Origin: Okamejei kenojei | Lineage: Eukaryota | Reading direction: 5' to 3' | NCBI GenBank assembly: GCA_035221665.1 | Contig: CM069138.1 | Span: 69,750,001-69,814,000, forward strand | Length of the DNA stretch: 64,000 nt | Shown: one piece after another, positions 23,603 to 36,624 of the stretch | Layout: every line of letters begins with the position of its first letter | Position numbering within the stretch: position 1 is the stretch's first letter | Position numbers and translations under genes: made by a program | The notes under the pieces: model-generated | Seen by the model: the letters and a program-made list of their open reading frames with translations, nothing else | Databases searched by the model: none | Told to the model about the DNA's origin: nothing

Positions 23603-26383
23603 TTGTGTCTCAATGCGAGGAGCATTCGTAATAAGGTGGACGAGTTGAATGTGCAGATAGCTATTAATGACTATGCTATAGTTGGGATCACGGAGACATG
23701 GCTCCAGGGTGACCAAGGCTGGGATCTGAACATCCAGGGATATATAATATTCAGGAGGGATAGACGGAAATTAAAAGGAGGTGGGGTAGCGTTGCTGGTG
23801 AGAGAGGAGAATAATGCAATAGAAAGAAGGGACATTAGCATGGAGGACGTAGAATCGATATGGGTAGAGCTGCGAAACTCTAAGTGGCAGAAAACGCTAG
23901 TGGGAGTTGTGTACAGGCCACCTAACAGTAGTATTGGAGTTGGGGATGGCATCAAACAGGAAATTAGAAGTGCGTGCAACAAGGGTAACACAGTTATAAT
24001 GGGTGACTTCAATCTGCACATAGATTGGGTGAATCAAATTGGCAGGGGTGCTGAGGAAGAGGATTTCTTGGAATGTATGCGGGATAGTTTTCTAAACCAA
24101 CATGTGGAGGAACCAACGAGAGAGCAGGCTATTCTAGACTGGGTATTGAGTAATGAGGAAGGGTTAGTTAGCAGTCTTGTTATGCGTGGCCCCTTGGGCA
24201 AGAGTGACCATAATATGATTGAGTTCTTCATTAGGATGGAGAGTGACATAATTAAGTCAGAAACAAGGGTTCTGAACTTAAACAAAGGTAACTTGTTTGG
24301 CCAAGATAGACTGGCAGGTGAGTCTTAAAGGGTTGACAGTGGATGTGCAATGGAAGGTATTTAAAGACTGCATGGATGAAGTACAAAAATTGTTCATACC
24401 AGTTTGGCAAAAGAATAAATCAGGGAAGGTAGTGCATCCGTGGATAACGAGGGAAATCAGGGATAGTATAAAAACTAAAGATGAGGCATACAAATTGGCC
24501 AAAAAAAGCAGCCTACCAGAGGACTGGGAGAAATTCAGAATCCAGCAGAGGAGGACAAAGGGCTTAATTAGGAAAGGGAAAATAGATTACAAAAGGAAAC
24601 TGGCAGGGAACATAAAAACTGACCGCAAAAGTTTTTATAGATATGTGAAGAGAAAGAGACTAGTTAGAACAAATGTTGGTCCCTTGCAGTCAGAAGCAGG
24701 TGAATTGATCATGGGGAACATGGACATGGCAGACCAATTGAATAACTACTTTGGTTCTGTCTTCACTAAGGAAGACATAAATAATCTGCCGGAAATAGCA
24801 GTGGGCCGGAGGTCAAATAAGATGGCGGAACTGAGTGAAATCCAGGTTAGCCAGGAAGTGGTGTTGGGTAAATTGAACGCATTAAAGGCCGATAAATCCC
24901 CAGGGCCAGATGGTCTGCATCCCAGAGTGCCCAAGGAGGTAGCCACGGAAATAGTGGATGCATTAGTGATAATTTTTCAAAACTCCTTAGATTCTGGAGT
25001 AGTTCCTGAGGATTGGAGGATAGCTAATGTAACCCCACTTTTTAAGAAAGGAGGGAGAGGGAAAGCGGGGAATTACAGACCAGTTAGTCTAACATCGGTA
25101 GTGGGGAAACTGCTAAAATCAGTTATTAAAGATGGGATAGCAGCGCATTTGGAAAGTGGTGAAATCATTGGACAAAGTCAGCATAGATTTACGAAAGGTA
25201 AATCATGTCTGACGAATCTTATAGAATTTTTCGAGGATGTAACTAGTAGAGTGGATAAGGGAGAACCAGTGGATGTGTTATATCTGGACTTTCAGAAGGC
25301 TTTCGACAAGGTCCCACATAAGAGATTAGTATATAAACTTAAAGCACATGGTATTGGTGGTTCAATATTGATGTGGATAGAGAACTGGCTGGCAGACAGG
25401 AAGCAAAGGGTAGGAGTAAACGGGTCCTTTTCAGAATGGCAGGCAGTGAGTAGTGGGGTACCGCAAGGCTCAGTGCTGGGACCCCAGCTATTTACAATAT
25501 ACATTAATGATTTGGATGAGGGAATTGAATGCAATATCTCCAAATTTGCAGATGACACCAAGCTGGGGGGTATAGTTAGGTGTGAGGAGGATGCTAGGAG
25601 GCTGCAGGGTGATTTGGATAGGCTGAGTGAATGGTCTGATGCATGGCAGATGCAGTATAATGTGGATAAATGTGAGGTTATCCACTTTGGTGGCAAAAAC
25701 ATGAGGGTGGACTATTATCTGAATGGTGGCAGAATAGGAAAAGGGGAGATGCAACGAGACCTGGGTGTCATGGTACACCAGTCATTGAAAGTAGGCATGC
25801 AGGTGCAGCAGGCAGTGAAGAAAGCAAATGGTATGTTAGCATTCATAGCAAAAGGATTTGAGTATAGGAGCAGGGAGGTTTTATTACAGTTGTACAGGGT
25901 TTTGGTGAGACCACACCTGGAGTATTGCGTACAGTTTTGTATCCAAATCTGAGGAAAGACATTCTTGCCATAGAGGGGGTTCAGAGAAGGTTCACCAGAC
26001 TGATTCCTGGGATGTCGGGACTTTCATATGAAGAAAAACTGGATAGACTCGGCTTGTACTCACTGGAATTTAGAAGATTGAGGGGGGTTCTTATAGAAAC
26101 TTACAAAATTCTTAAGGGGTTGGACAAGCTAGATGCAGGAAGATTGTTCCCAATGTTGGGGGAGTCCAGAACAAGGGGTCACAGTCTAAGGATAAGAGGG
26201 AATTCCTTTTGGACCGAGGTGAGGAAAACATTCTTTACGCAGAGAGTGGTGAGTCTCTGGAATTCTCTGCCACAGAAGATCGTTGAGGCCAGTTCATTGG
26301 CTATATTCAAGAGGGAGTTGGATGTGGCTCTTGTGGCTAAAGGGATCAGGGGGTATGGAGAGAAGGCAGGTACGGGATACTGA
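23603..26383 (+). pseudogene. CR1 ORF2: APE endonuclease plus reverse transcriptase (frameshifts near 24295 and 25940)
   Basis: APE: NARSI, GITETWL, YRPP, GDFN, SDH. RT: NYRPVSLTS, LDFQKAFDKVPH, GVPQGSVLGP, FADD. Confidence 0.95.
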
Positions 26384-27844
26384 GTTGGATGATCAGCCAT
26401 GATCATATTGAATGGCGGTGCAGGCTCGAAGGGCCGAATGGCCTACTCCTGCACCTATTTTTCTATGTTTCTATGTTTCTATCCCTTTAGCCACAAGGGC
26501 CACATCTAACTCCGTCTTAAATATAGCCAATGAATTGGCTTCAAGTACCTTCTGTGGCAGAGAATTCCACAGATTCACCACTCTCTGTGTGAAAAATGTT
26601 TTTCTCATCTCGGTCCTAAAAGACTTCCCCCTTATCCTTAAACTGTGACCCCTTGTTCTGGACTTCCCCAACATCGGGAACAATCTTCCTGCACCTAGCC
26701 TAACCCCTTAAGAATTTTGTAAGTTTTTATAAGAACCCCCCTCAATCTTCTAAATTCTAGCGAGTACAAGCTGAGTCTATCCAGTCTTTCTTCATATGAA
26801 AGTCCTGCCATCCCAGGAATCAGTCTGGTGAACCTTCTCTGTATTCCCTCTGTGGCAAGAATGTATTTCCTCAGATTAAGAGACCAAAACTGTACACAAT
26901 ACTCCAGGTGTGGTCTCACCAAGGCCCTGTACAACTACAGTAGAACCTCCCTGCTCCTATACTCAAATCCTTTTGCTATGAATGCTAACATATCATTCGC
27001 TTTCTTCACTGCCTGCTGCACCTGCATGCCTACTTTCAATGACTGGTGTACCATGACACCCAGGTCTCGATGCATCTCCCCTTTTCCTAATCGGCCACCA
27101 TTCAGATAATAGTCTACTTTCCTGTTCATGCCACCAAAGTGCATAACCTCACATTTATCCACATTATACTGCATCTGCCATGCATTTGCCCACTCACCCA
27201 ACCTATCCAAGTCACCTTGCAGCCTCCTAGCATCCTCCTCACAGCTAACGCTGTCCCCCAGCTTCGCTTCATCCGCAAACTTGGAGATGTTGCATTCAAT
27301 TCCCTCGTCCAAATCATTAATATATATTGTAAATATCTGGGGTCCCAGCACTGAGCCTTGCGGTTCCCCACTGCCTGCCATTCTGAAAATGACCCGTTTA
27401 CTCCTACTCTTTGCTTCCTGTCTGCCAGCCAGTTCTCTATCCATATCAATACTGAACCCCCAATACTGAACCCCCAATACCCTCAAACGTTTGTACCTGC
27501 GCTTTTAGATCCCTCTGATTTACAACACTCTCTAGGACAGTAGATAGAATGGTAAAGATGGTACACAGTATAAAATGGGCTGTTTCTGTGCTATATGTCG
27601 TATTCCACGAATGAAGACAGACTAGGAGCGATTGCAGAGCAAATGGATTTGATCCAAGTACATCGTTAAAAAACTCATTGGTAAGTAAGAAGAGATCAGC
27701 AAAATTTATGTCCTGTGAGACTTTTATTTGAAAGGAGTGGAAGCTTGGAATATAAACAAGAGGCAGTAAGGATTTAATTGTAAAGAGACTTGGTCAGACA
27801 ATATCTCAAACACAACATTCGTTTTGGGTATTGAACTATAGCTT

Positions 27845-28152
27845 TGGTTTAGGTTTAGGTTATGTTTAGGTTTATTATTGTTACATGTGTTGAGGTACAG
27901 AGCAAAGCTTTGTTTTACATGCAATCCAAATAGATCAGATGTGCCATACATAGGTACAATCAGCTTCAAATTCATGTACAATAGATGTAGCAAAGGAATG
28001 GATACAAAGTGCAGAATATAGTTCTCAGCCTTGCAGCACATCGGTTCCTTAGAAAAAGTCCCAATGCCTTAAATGAGGTAGTGGTGGATTGGACAGTAGT
28101 CTTGCTTATGGAAGGACTGCTCAATCATCTGATAATAGAGGGGAAGAAGTTA
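27845..28152 (-). mobile_element. Rex/Babar-type 3' tail fragment
   Basis: gtttattattgttacatgtgttgaggtacag...ctgataatagaggggaagaag, similar to 19445-19700. Confidence 0.6.
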
Positions 28153-28451
28153 ATGTATCACAAGTTCAGTACGATCGTGCAAGAGTTTAAATTTAAATTA
28201 TGAAGTCAGATTGTGTAAAGAGATGGTGCGTACTTGTCTAAGTTTAGGGAGATCATATGTGATTTGTACAAACCATTGCGAATGATAGAGATTTGATGCG
28301 ATAGGAATATTTCTACTTTGTCTTGTATACCTAATTTTAATAATCACAAAATGATTAATGAGCAAAATGAGGAATCACAAAGGTTGTGAATATCAGAATT
28401 TGCCCATTCGTGAAGTTGTGTATGTGGAAAGAGATCAATATTTTTTTGCGA

Positions 28452-28635
28452 AGTACTATCGCAACATTTAAGAAACATTTAGACAGGTACATGGATAGAA
28501 TAAGTTTAGAGGGATATGTACCAAACACAAGCAGGTTTGATGTGGATGGGACATGTTGGTGGGTGTGGGCAAGTTGGGCCGAAGGGCCTGTTTCCACGCT
28601 GTATGACTCTATGACTATGATTCTATGACTATGAC
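28452..28635 (+). mobile_element. CR1 3' UTR with (CTATGA)n tail
   Basis: acatttaagaaacatttagacaggtacatggatag...gaagggcctgtttccacgctgtatgactctatgactatga. Confidence 0.85.
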
Positions 28636-29854
28636 GTATGTGTAAGTCTATCAAGGCATATAAGGAAAAGGGTGGATGTGTTGAGAAGTATATCAGCCAG
28701 GATCCAACAGAAAAATGAGAAAGGGTAAGAAATCGGATAGTTTCCCTCTGTCTCTATACAGACCGAACATAAGAGCAGGCAAAATAAAGCTGCAATTATT
28801 GCAAGGCACAATAAAACCCCAGAAAGTGAAGCTTTTATTTTTAAGTTTTCCTTTAAATCACTCATGTTATGAAACTTAATGGTTGAAGCCATTGTTTACG
28901 CATATTAGGCTTAAGTGTGTCTTGGAAAATGAAACTGCATTAAAACCCCATTCTTTTTAAAGTATCAGTTTACAGTTGTCACAGATACAAATTCAAAAAG
29001 TATGTAATATAGACTTAGGTTTTCAGAAAAGAGAAATTGCTGTAACATATCATGAATTGTGAATTCAAATCCCACTGTACTTACGATTTTTAACTGTTAT
29101 TTAGACATTAATATGTTCCCTGTTTTTTTTGCTGAGGAAGAGTTTTGCAGTAAAATCATGTATGTTTTTGATAGATATACTGTAACTTATTAGTTGCACC
29201 ATTGATTAAGGAAAGTTGTGAAGCAATAATGGAAATCTGACTTTGCTGTCCTGCTAAAATGTATTTCATTTTTATAGAAATCTTATATATGTTTAACTTT
29301 CGTATCCACAAATTGTAGTTCCTATTGTCCTAATTTTGATAAAATGTATATAGCAATAATTAACAATACCCTTTTCGCTAAATATAAATAGATTTCAGTG
29401 ATGTGGTGGGTACAAACTGCCGTCCCCGGGTCACATTGCCACTTTTCCCTCAGACATCATGAGAAATGATTATAATACACTGATTAATGGTGGTCTGGCA
29501 CCTTCAATCCGGACAAAATCACGAGAGTGCATTTGATCCCCCCCACCCTCAGGAGGTCCCCCCAATAATATGGCGCTCAGGCCGATCTTGACCTCATTGG
29601 GACTTCCGTAGTCGATCGGCGGGTTGCATTTGCCCCCTCCGTTGGGGCTCTGGAACTCCAACCTGGCCAGAGCCAGTGACTCCGTACACAAAGCTGACTT
29701 CTGGGGCTGATTTTGCCAGCTCGTATCTTGGCCTCCCGGCTGCCTCGGTGTACTGTTCTGATCTTGCTTGACTCCTCTCAGAAGCCTGTGTCGGACAGCA
29801 GGGTCGACGGCCGCACCCCCTACTATATTTATGGCAGTTTTGGCAAATCACGGG

Positions 29855-30386
29855 TCATAGAAACATAGAAAATAGGTGCAGGGATAAGCCATTCGGCCCT
29901 TCAAGCTAGCACTGCCATTCAATGGAAGGCACTACAACGGGTGGTGAAAACCGCCCAGCACATCATCGGTGCCCCGCTCCCTGCTTTGGATGCCCTCCAC
30001 CGAAAACGGTGTCTGAGACGGGCTGGGAAGATCATCAAGGACCCCTCCCACCCTAACCATGGACTGTTTGCCCTCCTACCATCGGGGAGGCGGTACAGGA
30101 GCCTCAGGTCCCGCACCAGCAGGATGAGGCGTAGCTTCTACAATAACACCATCGCACTGCTGAACTCGGAGTCCCGCCGATAGATTCCCACATCTGTATT
30201 TATTTATCTGTATTTATCTAAACATTGCTACTACGTACTGACACTAAACTGCATTTCGTTGTACCCATACTTGTATCTGTGCAATGACATTAAATTTGAA
30301 TTGAATTGAATCAATATGGCTGATCATCCAAAATCAGTACCCCTTTCCTGCTTTCTCACCATATCCCTTGATTCCGTTAGCCCTAA
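29855..30386 (-). mobile_element. CR1 3' fragment (29855-29922 and 30311-30386), host of nested insertions
   Basis: catagaaacatagaaaataggtgcagg...ccattcaat resumes as tcaatatggctgatcatcc...ttagccctaa. Confidence 0.85.
29923..30310 (+). mobile_element. Rex1/Babar-clade LINE 3' end
   Basis: KALQRVVKTAQHIIGAPLP...IIKDPSHPNHGLFALLPSGRRYRSLRSRTSRMRRSFY; (gaatt)n tail; possible tcaat duplication. Confidence 0.9.
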
Positions 30387-31750
30387 TGGGCCTGTCACAC
30401 TTACGCGATGGTGTCGGCGACTGCCAACACCATCGTTGTATAGGTCATAGGTCGTTGCAGGTCGCTGAAAATTTTCAACATGTTGAAAATCCAGCGGCGA
30501 CCAGAAAGATGCTACAACTCTTTGGGCGACTGAGGAGACTACACACGACCATACATGTCGTGGGGGTGAAGCCTGTATGGTCATGAGTAGTTGTCCAAAG
30601 ATTAGTACCTTGTTCTGCTCGCCGCTGGATTTTCAACGTTGAATATTTTCGGCGAACATAACTTTAGATCCACTGGACGAAGCAATGAATATTAAGGCTG
30701 ACACAGAAATTAATATCATATTTATATAATAGTATTTTAAATATAGACTTACCATCGACAGAGGCATTTAGAGAAGAGTGGGAACGAGAATTAATGATAA
30801 AAATTACGAAGGAAACATGGGAAAAGTATTTGATATATATACACAAATGTTTGATTAATGTAAGACATAATTTAATTCAATTTAAAATTTTACATAGATT
30901 ATATTATTCAAAAACTAGGTTGAATAAATTCTATCCAAATACTTCCCCCATTTGTGATAAATGTCTATCCCAAAATGCAACTATAACACACTCCTTTGTC
31001 TCCTGCATAAAACTTTATAATTTCTGGAGTGATATTTTTGAAATATTTACAAAATTATTCAAGATAAAAATGGAACCAAATACTGAAATGATTATATTTG
31101 GAGTAATGGAAGATGGGATTAAATTTAACTCATCTCAAAATTTATTTTTTAATTATGGGTTAATAACGGCAAAAAAACATACTTAACTTTTGGAAAAATA
31201 CATCCATACCAACACTTAAAATATGGATTTCAAACATGTTGGACACCGATCATCTTGAGGAAATGTGATTCCTCCTAATAGATAAATCAGACCAATTCTT
31301 AACAAGTTGGTCTCCATTTGTCGATTTTTTGGAAGCATATGGTGCAACAAAATTGTAGAAGCTAACTGTTTCAGGATTGGGTGAGGGATGGTCAAGAATA
31401 TAGATAATGATCTCCTTAATCTCTTACTTTCTACTCTTTTTCTTTTTTTTCAATTTTCTTCTTTCACACTTTTTTCCTTATCACACACTATATATCACAC
31501 GTTTCTCTATCTTTTATTATCTATTCTCTCTTTTTCTTTTTCATTATTAAAAAAAAATAAGAAGCTGTACATAAAATGTAATATGTCAATATATATTAGG
31601 CACCTTGGTGCCATATGTCTGTACTTACTTCTAAAAAAAATTTAAAAAATAATTTAAGAAAGAAAAAAAAAGAAATTTGTCGGCGACCTGCAACGACCTA
31701 TGACGGGTGCCAGCAGTCACCGAAAAAGTTGTGTAAATAGGACAGGCCCA
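30387..31750. mobile_element. Palindromic MITE, PIF/Harbinger-like (TAA TSD), split by an L1 fragment
   Basis: taa|tgggcctgtc...gacaggccca|taa. Internal symmetry: cataggtcgttgcaggtcg / cgacctgcaacgacctatg and ttgaaaatccagcggcga / tcgccgctggattttcaa. Confidence 0.8.
30656..31672 (+). mobile_element. L1-clade LINE 3' fragment with CCHC zinc knuckle and poly(A)
   Basis: QFKILHRLYYSKTRLNKF...CDKC...HSFVSC..LYNFW; A-rich tail 31633-31672; imperfect TSD aatattttcggcga / aaatttgtcggcga. Confidence 0.9.
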
Positions 31751-34289
31751 TAAGTCCCTCTTGAATACAGAGTCGATGGATATTGGCCTGGTACTCCTGC
31801 TGGGAAAGAGGTACCTTCGCCCCACGGGCAGCGGCAATCCATTTCCAGGGGCTACTTGTTAACCGGCGCCCGGGTTGCCCATACAGGAAATAAAAGTTTC
31901 ACTGTAAAATTAATTTACACTTATTATTTGCTTTATTCAAGTTTCTAGCAGTCCATGGTGCTTTAAGGGAGAGGTGTAATTAGTGGGTCAGTTGTATTGT
32001 TGTATCATTATTATGTGACCTGTGTTGGTTCAGCAAAACGCATAATACGGCAAGGTATTGGAACCAAGGGTGCCAGAAATTTGTACCTGTATTGAACTAC
32101 AAAATCTGGAATTGTCCTAATGTGTGGACATTCATTCATGTTCACAAGTACAACTTGTCGTGCATTGACATTGGTGCGGCACCTTAATGTTAGTTCATAC
32201 CACATAAGTTTGTTGGGTGTGTTTGGTGATCTCCCACACAGTATGCTCTAGATTTCAACTCTGCCTTCGTCAGCCAAGAAGACATGTGTTTCAGCCAAAA
32301 GGGGGTTAATGAGACAGTGAGAAATCCGAGACTTCTCTCACATGCTCCCAAATAACCCACCTCACAATGCCATTATGTCTGAGAGAACGTCAGCAAGCCT
32401 GAGCAACCTTAAATTAATGAGTTGTATAAAAACATATTTAAAAATTGAGCAGAATTCCTTTCTTCGCAGCCTTTGATATCAATTAACAAGCATGTACTTG
32501 ATTCAGATGCCATGTATTCCTTGCTATGAGCCAAGTGTTACAGTCTTTTACAATTTTTTTTATGTCTCTGCCATTATATTGGAATTTTCTCCATGTCAGT
32601 GGGCCAGGTCTTGTACGCTGTCTCGAGAACACAAAGGGCAAGGATAGAGAACGTGAAATATTCTGTCTGCTTCCTTGTCACAAAATTCACTGCCAGAAAA
32701 TCAAAGAATTTGCTTTCTTGGCACGTAATGCTTTGTCAGAGTATAATATGTTTGTGTTGAGTGAAGAGGTAGAGAAGCAAGGGTCCTGTAACATAAAGTC
32801 CTGACTCACAACCTTAACAACCTTTCTGAAATTTCACCATAGATTTCCAGCAAATTCAACTGCTCCTTTCCCAGAAAATTGTTTCCATCTTCCCAGAAGC
32901 TGGAAAATTATATCCTTTTAAAAGTAGCTTTCTTCTGTTGCGAATTATTATTCTTAAACTTTTTTTTTCCAAATGTCTTTCTTATGTATGAAATCTTTGA
33001 AACCAAGACGTTTTAATGAATCATCTTTAATTGTTCTAAGTTAAATCTCTAAACCAAAGAACATAATGGAACCACTCTGAATGAATGTCAGTTTGGTTTA
33101 CTGTCCAAAGTAAACTCAATTGAATGAGCATGTTGATCATTGCCTGGGTCTGATTTGGCTTTGGTTTATATTCATCATTAAGATTATGCCAACAGCATGT
33201 TTTTGCAATCATTCAGAAGCTGGTATTATATCTCCCTGTCACTCTTACTTAATTTGTTTGAATAATTAAAGTTGTGCTCTCTACCACATTATTCAGTGAA
33301 ACTGTCTTGTTCTAATTGCAAGGTTGGGAAGGAGTGCCTTTTCATAATGCCATTAAATGTGAAGTTCAGGTTCAACTTTAAGTCTATTGTTATATGCATG
33401 AGAATGCTGGGGTACAGGTATATGAAAAATCTTGCCTGATATGGATTCACAGGCATATAGATTCAGATAAACAGACCCAAAAAAATCATACATACATTAT
33501 ATATAAATTACACTTAAAATTCCAAAAGAAAGAAGACTGTGGACAAAAAAAAACACGACATTATTGCTGGAAAAGGGGTGTAAAATAAAATGATCAAAAT
33601 AATGATAATTGCAATTTATTAATGAATCCTGCTGCAATCCATTTTCTGCTTTTGGGGCAGGATTTTGTTTTTAATGGTGTCTTTTAGGCCATCTCTGTAT
33701 ATGTGTGTCACTAGGCAGATTAATAAGCTGTGGGTCCTTGTTCATAGATGCCCTGCCATTTCTTTTCTTCTTGATGTGTCTTCTGCAGCTTTGACCACAA
33801 TTAAGTATTTTTCTTTTTGTGTGCACCAGCAGCCAATTTTTTTTTCCTTATGAGCTTGGTCAGTGCCAATGTTTTTTTGGGCTTGTTTTGTATCTGAATT
33901 TGGCTGCCATTTATTTTTTTGTTCTCATGAGTGAAGTCTGGAGGAGGGAACAGAGTGTGGGGGGAATTGTGCTTGTGATCCCCAGAGAAGGTCCAACCAG
34001 ACTGTCTCCCCTCGGATAATCCACCCAGTGTCCGGCTCCAGTTCATCAGGAGCATTGCAGAGCTCCAGTTGAAGAAAGCACATAAGAGGCAACTGGCAAC
34101 AAAAGGGAAGCAGAAAAGATAGGAAAGCGACCAAGGGATTAAGACAAAAATCAAAACCACAAAGGAGAATAAGAAATAGAAGGAAGCCAAATAGAAAATT
34201 TAAGCAGTAACAATAAAGTACCTCCATTAAAGAAAAATAAAAACTTGTAACCAAATGCAGTGGAATGGCATTAGGTCGAAGAAACATAG

Positions 34290-34598
34290 GTGGAGCAGCG
34301 GTAGATTTGTTGCCTTACAGCACCGGAGACCCGGGCTCGATCCTGACTACGGGTGCTGTCTGTACGGAGTTTGAACGTTCTCCCCATGACCATGCGTGGG
34401 CTTTCTCCAAGATCTTCGGTTTCCTCCCACACTCCAAAGACTTACAGGTATGTAGGTTAATTGGCTTGGCGTATGTGTAAATTATCCCTTGTGTGTGTGT
34501 GATAATGTTGATGTGTGCGGGGATCACTGGGCGATGCATATTCGGTGGGTCAAAGGGCCTGTTTCCGTGCTGTCTCTCTAAACTAAACTAAACTAAAC
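34290..34598 (+). mobile_element. HE1/V-SINE-type SINE
   Basis: ggtggagcagcggtagatttgttgccttacagc...gggctcgatcc...gggcctgtttccgtgctgtctct(ctaaa)n. Confidence 0.9.
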
Positions 34599-34940
34599 AT
34601 GGAGTCATAGAGATACAGCATGGGAATTGTGGCGGCGACTGGGATTAGAGGATCATAGTGGAGAGCCTTGAGGATGGAAGGAGGATGAGCAATTGGAATG
34701 ATAGGGTGGGGTAAGATTGTTAACGAGATTGGGTCAAGGATAATCTAGCAGGAATCAGTGCGATTGGTTTAGTAGATGGAGGCATCGGTTTGTGGTTCAT
34801 TGATGTCGCTGGTCAGGGGAGGGGGTGCCAATAATAGGAGAGGAAGGATACATGAGGGAGACGGTGTGTGTGGGAATGGTCATTTTGGCAGATCAATGGT
34901 GAATGTTGAGAGCTTGTAGCGGAAAGGGAAGGTATGGGAA

Positions 34941-35010
34941 ATGGGCAAGTACCAGATTGTGGTGGTATGGGAGATGGGCAAGTACCAGGTTGTGGTGGTA
35001 TGGGAGATGG
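34941..35010. repeat. 33-bp tandem duplication in a purine-rich, possibly Penelope-related tract (34640-35050)
   Basis: atgggcaagtaccag(a/g)ttgtggtggtatgggag occurs twice. Confidence 0.7.
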
Positions 35011-36624
35011 GGAAGCTGAAGATGAAAGAGGTAAATAATTTGCTTCAAGAAGATCTAATTGGGCTGGAATCTAAACCCCAGACTGGAGCTTGCTCAGGCA
35101 GGTGCTTTTAACTAAGAACGAAGGCCTCATGGTGGTTACGTGAATAATGCAGACCATAAAAGTGAACAGAAACATCACGTTAGGCTCACAAGCATGAGTT
35201 GCAACACCACTGTGCATGACTAAGGTCCCCTTTGCAATATCCCTTTGAGTGTACAAAAGAACATGGAAGAAATTAATTGAATTAACAAACAATGTAACAA
35301 GTTACTGATTTTGTGCACTGGAGGGGTGTGCTATTGCATGATCTAGTTTCTGGGCAACTACTTTTTTTTCCCCCCCTTATGTTTTCGAGAACTAACATTG
35401 GCTGAAGAAAAGTGAGCATTCCATATACTCATAACCTTTTGCATGAGTAAACTTTTCTCCATTCAACCACCTCTTCTGTTTTAAACATCCCAGTCAGGTC
35501 ATCCCTATCTGGAAAGAAATACAGTCTGTTTGGAAAGAAAGAATTTGGACTAGAGTTGCTGCTCTGGGATCAATCAGCACTCTGGATGCAAATTGCACTC
35601 AAAATGTTGTCAGGTTTCCTAAGTGAAGTTGTAGTTCAAATTCCAGCTCAAACACATTTACATAATCACAAATGTTAGAATCTTCCATTACCTTTTGCCG
35701 GATACTGATTTTCTGCAAGTTAATTGTATTTTTCCCTCTTTTTTTTCATTGGGTAAAAAAATATTCCATATGTGTTGGCCTAATGGTGCATTGTCAATGC
35801 AGCCAAAATGGGCTCATCACCAAAAATAATCATTTGAACAGAGAGCCTGCTCTAACACCAGCAAGTAACCTGATATTAAATAGCTAAAAATAACTTTAAG
35901 AAACTACACAGCTTGCTATATATTTACCAGTGGTTAATGCCGATTAATTGATTTTAAAAATATATATTTTAATAGTTCCAATTGAGTAGACATTACACTT
36001 GAGTAGACATGATTGACAGATGCTTGCAATGGTTCGTTTGGATGCGGGAGTGTGGCCAGTTTCTTTGTAAAGCTGCTCTACAGAGGAAAGATCACAAAAT
36101 CTCAATAAACACTCATTGTCACTTGCATTCAAAATTATTTGGTCTTTTGTACTGCTTTGAAAGATCTCAGCAGAATTAACCACCGCAACCTGCTGCTGTG
36201 ACTTTGCAATTTCACACTGGGAGGAATTTAGTGGATTTAAGCTAGAGGTAAATGGTATCAGAGAAAACTGTTATTTATCTTGGGATTAGGTCATTAGGTT
36301 ATGTAGGATCTACACCTAGACTGTTTTCCAATCAGTAATCTCTCAGCAACTTACACTATGATTATTTCCAGAATTGAAGACAGAAGGTTTGGGAAAAAAA
36401 TATATATATTTATTTCCAGGTATGAATCTACTGAACTAGATATAACATTGATTGAGATGAAGGAATATAGAGCAGCAAATCCAATGTATATAAACCAACA
36501 CTTGGATTTTCTGGTTGCCACAGAATCTTTTGAAGGAGGCATAGACAAACTAAGTGACAAAACTGTGGATGATGTAGTGCAATATTACCCACTTTTGTAA
36601 ATGAGAGTTTATGTGTCATAGGAA

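Larger units (their letters stand above)
22119..26480 (+). mobile_element. Near full-length CR1 LINE, inner layer
   Basis: 5' UTR, ORF1, ORF2 and 3' tail cctattt(ttctatgt)n. Both ends are defined by the host element it interrupts. Confidence 0.95.
21984..27481 (-). mobile_element. 5'-truncated CR1, middle layer (pieces 21984-22118 and 26481-27481)
   Basis: ...ccataccccctga (22118) joins (a)tccctttagcc (26481) to restore the reverse complement of ctaaagggatcagggggtatgg. RT ORFs 26935-27486, 26695-26934, 26471-26683; tail (tagaaaca)n at 21984. Confidence 0.92.
21305..27540 (-). mobile_element. Old CR1 fragment, outer layer of a nest (pieces ~21305-21983 and ~27482-27540)
   Basis: HSLFPRVGQSRTKGHRFRLRG...FFTQWVVGIWNELP on the minus strand. 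It breaks at ...acttgcaatgccact (21983) and CR1-like sequence resumes at gtacctgcgcttttagatccctctg (~27493). Confidence 0.7.

Noticed and set aside
24034-25778. Antisense ORFs over the CR1 (e.g. 25292-25702)
   Set aside because: Shadow ORFs of the LINE ORF2 codon pattern.
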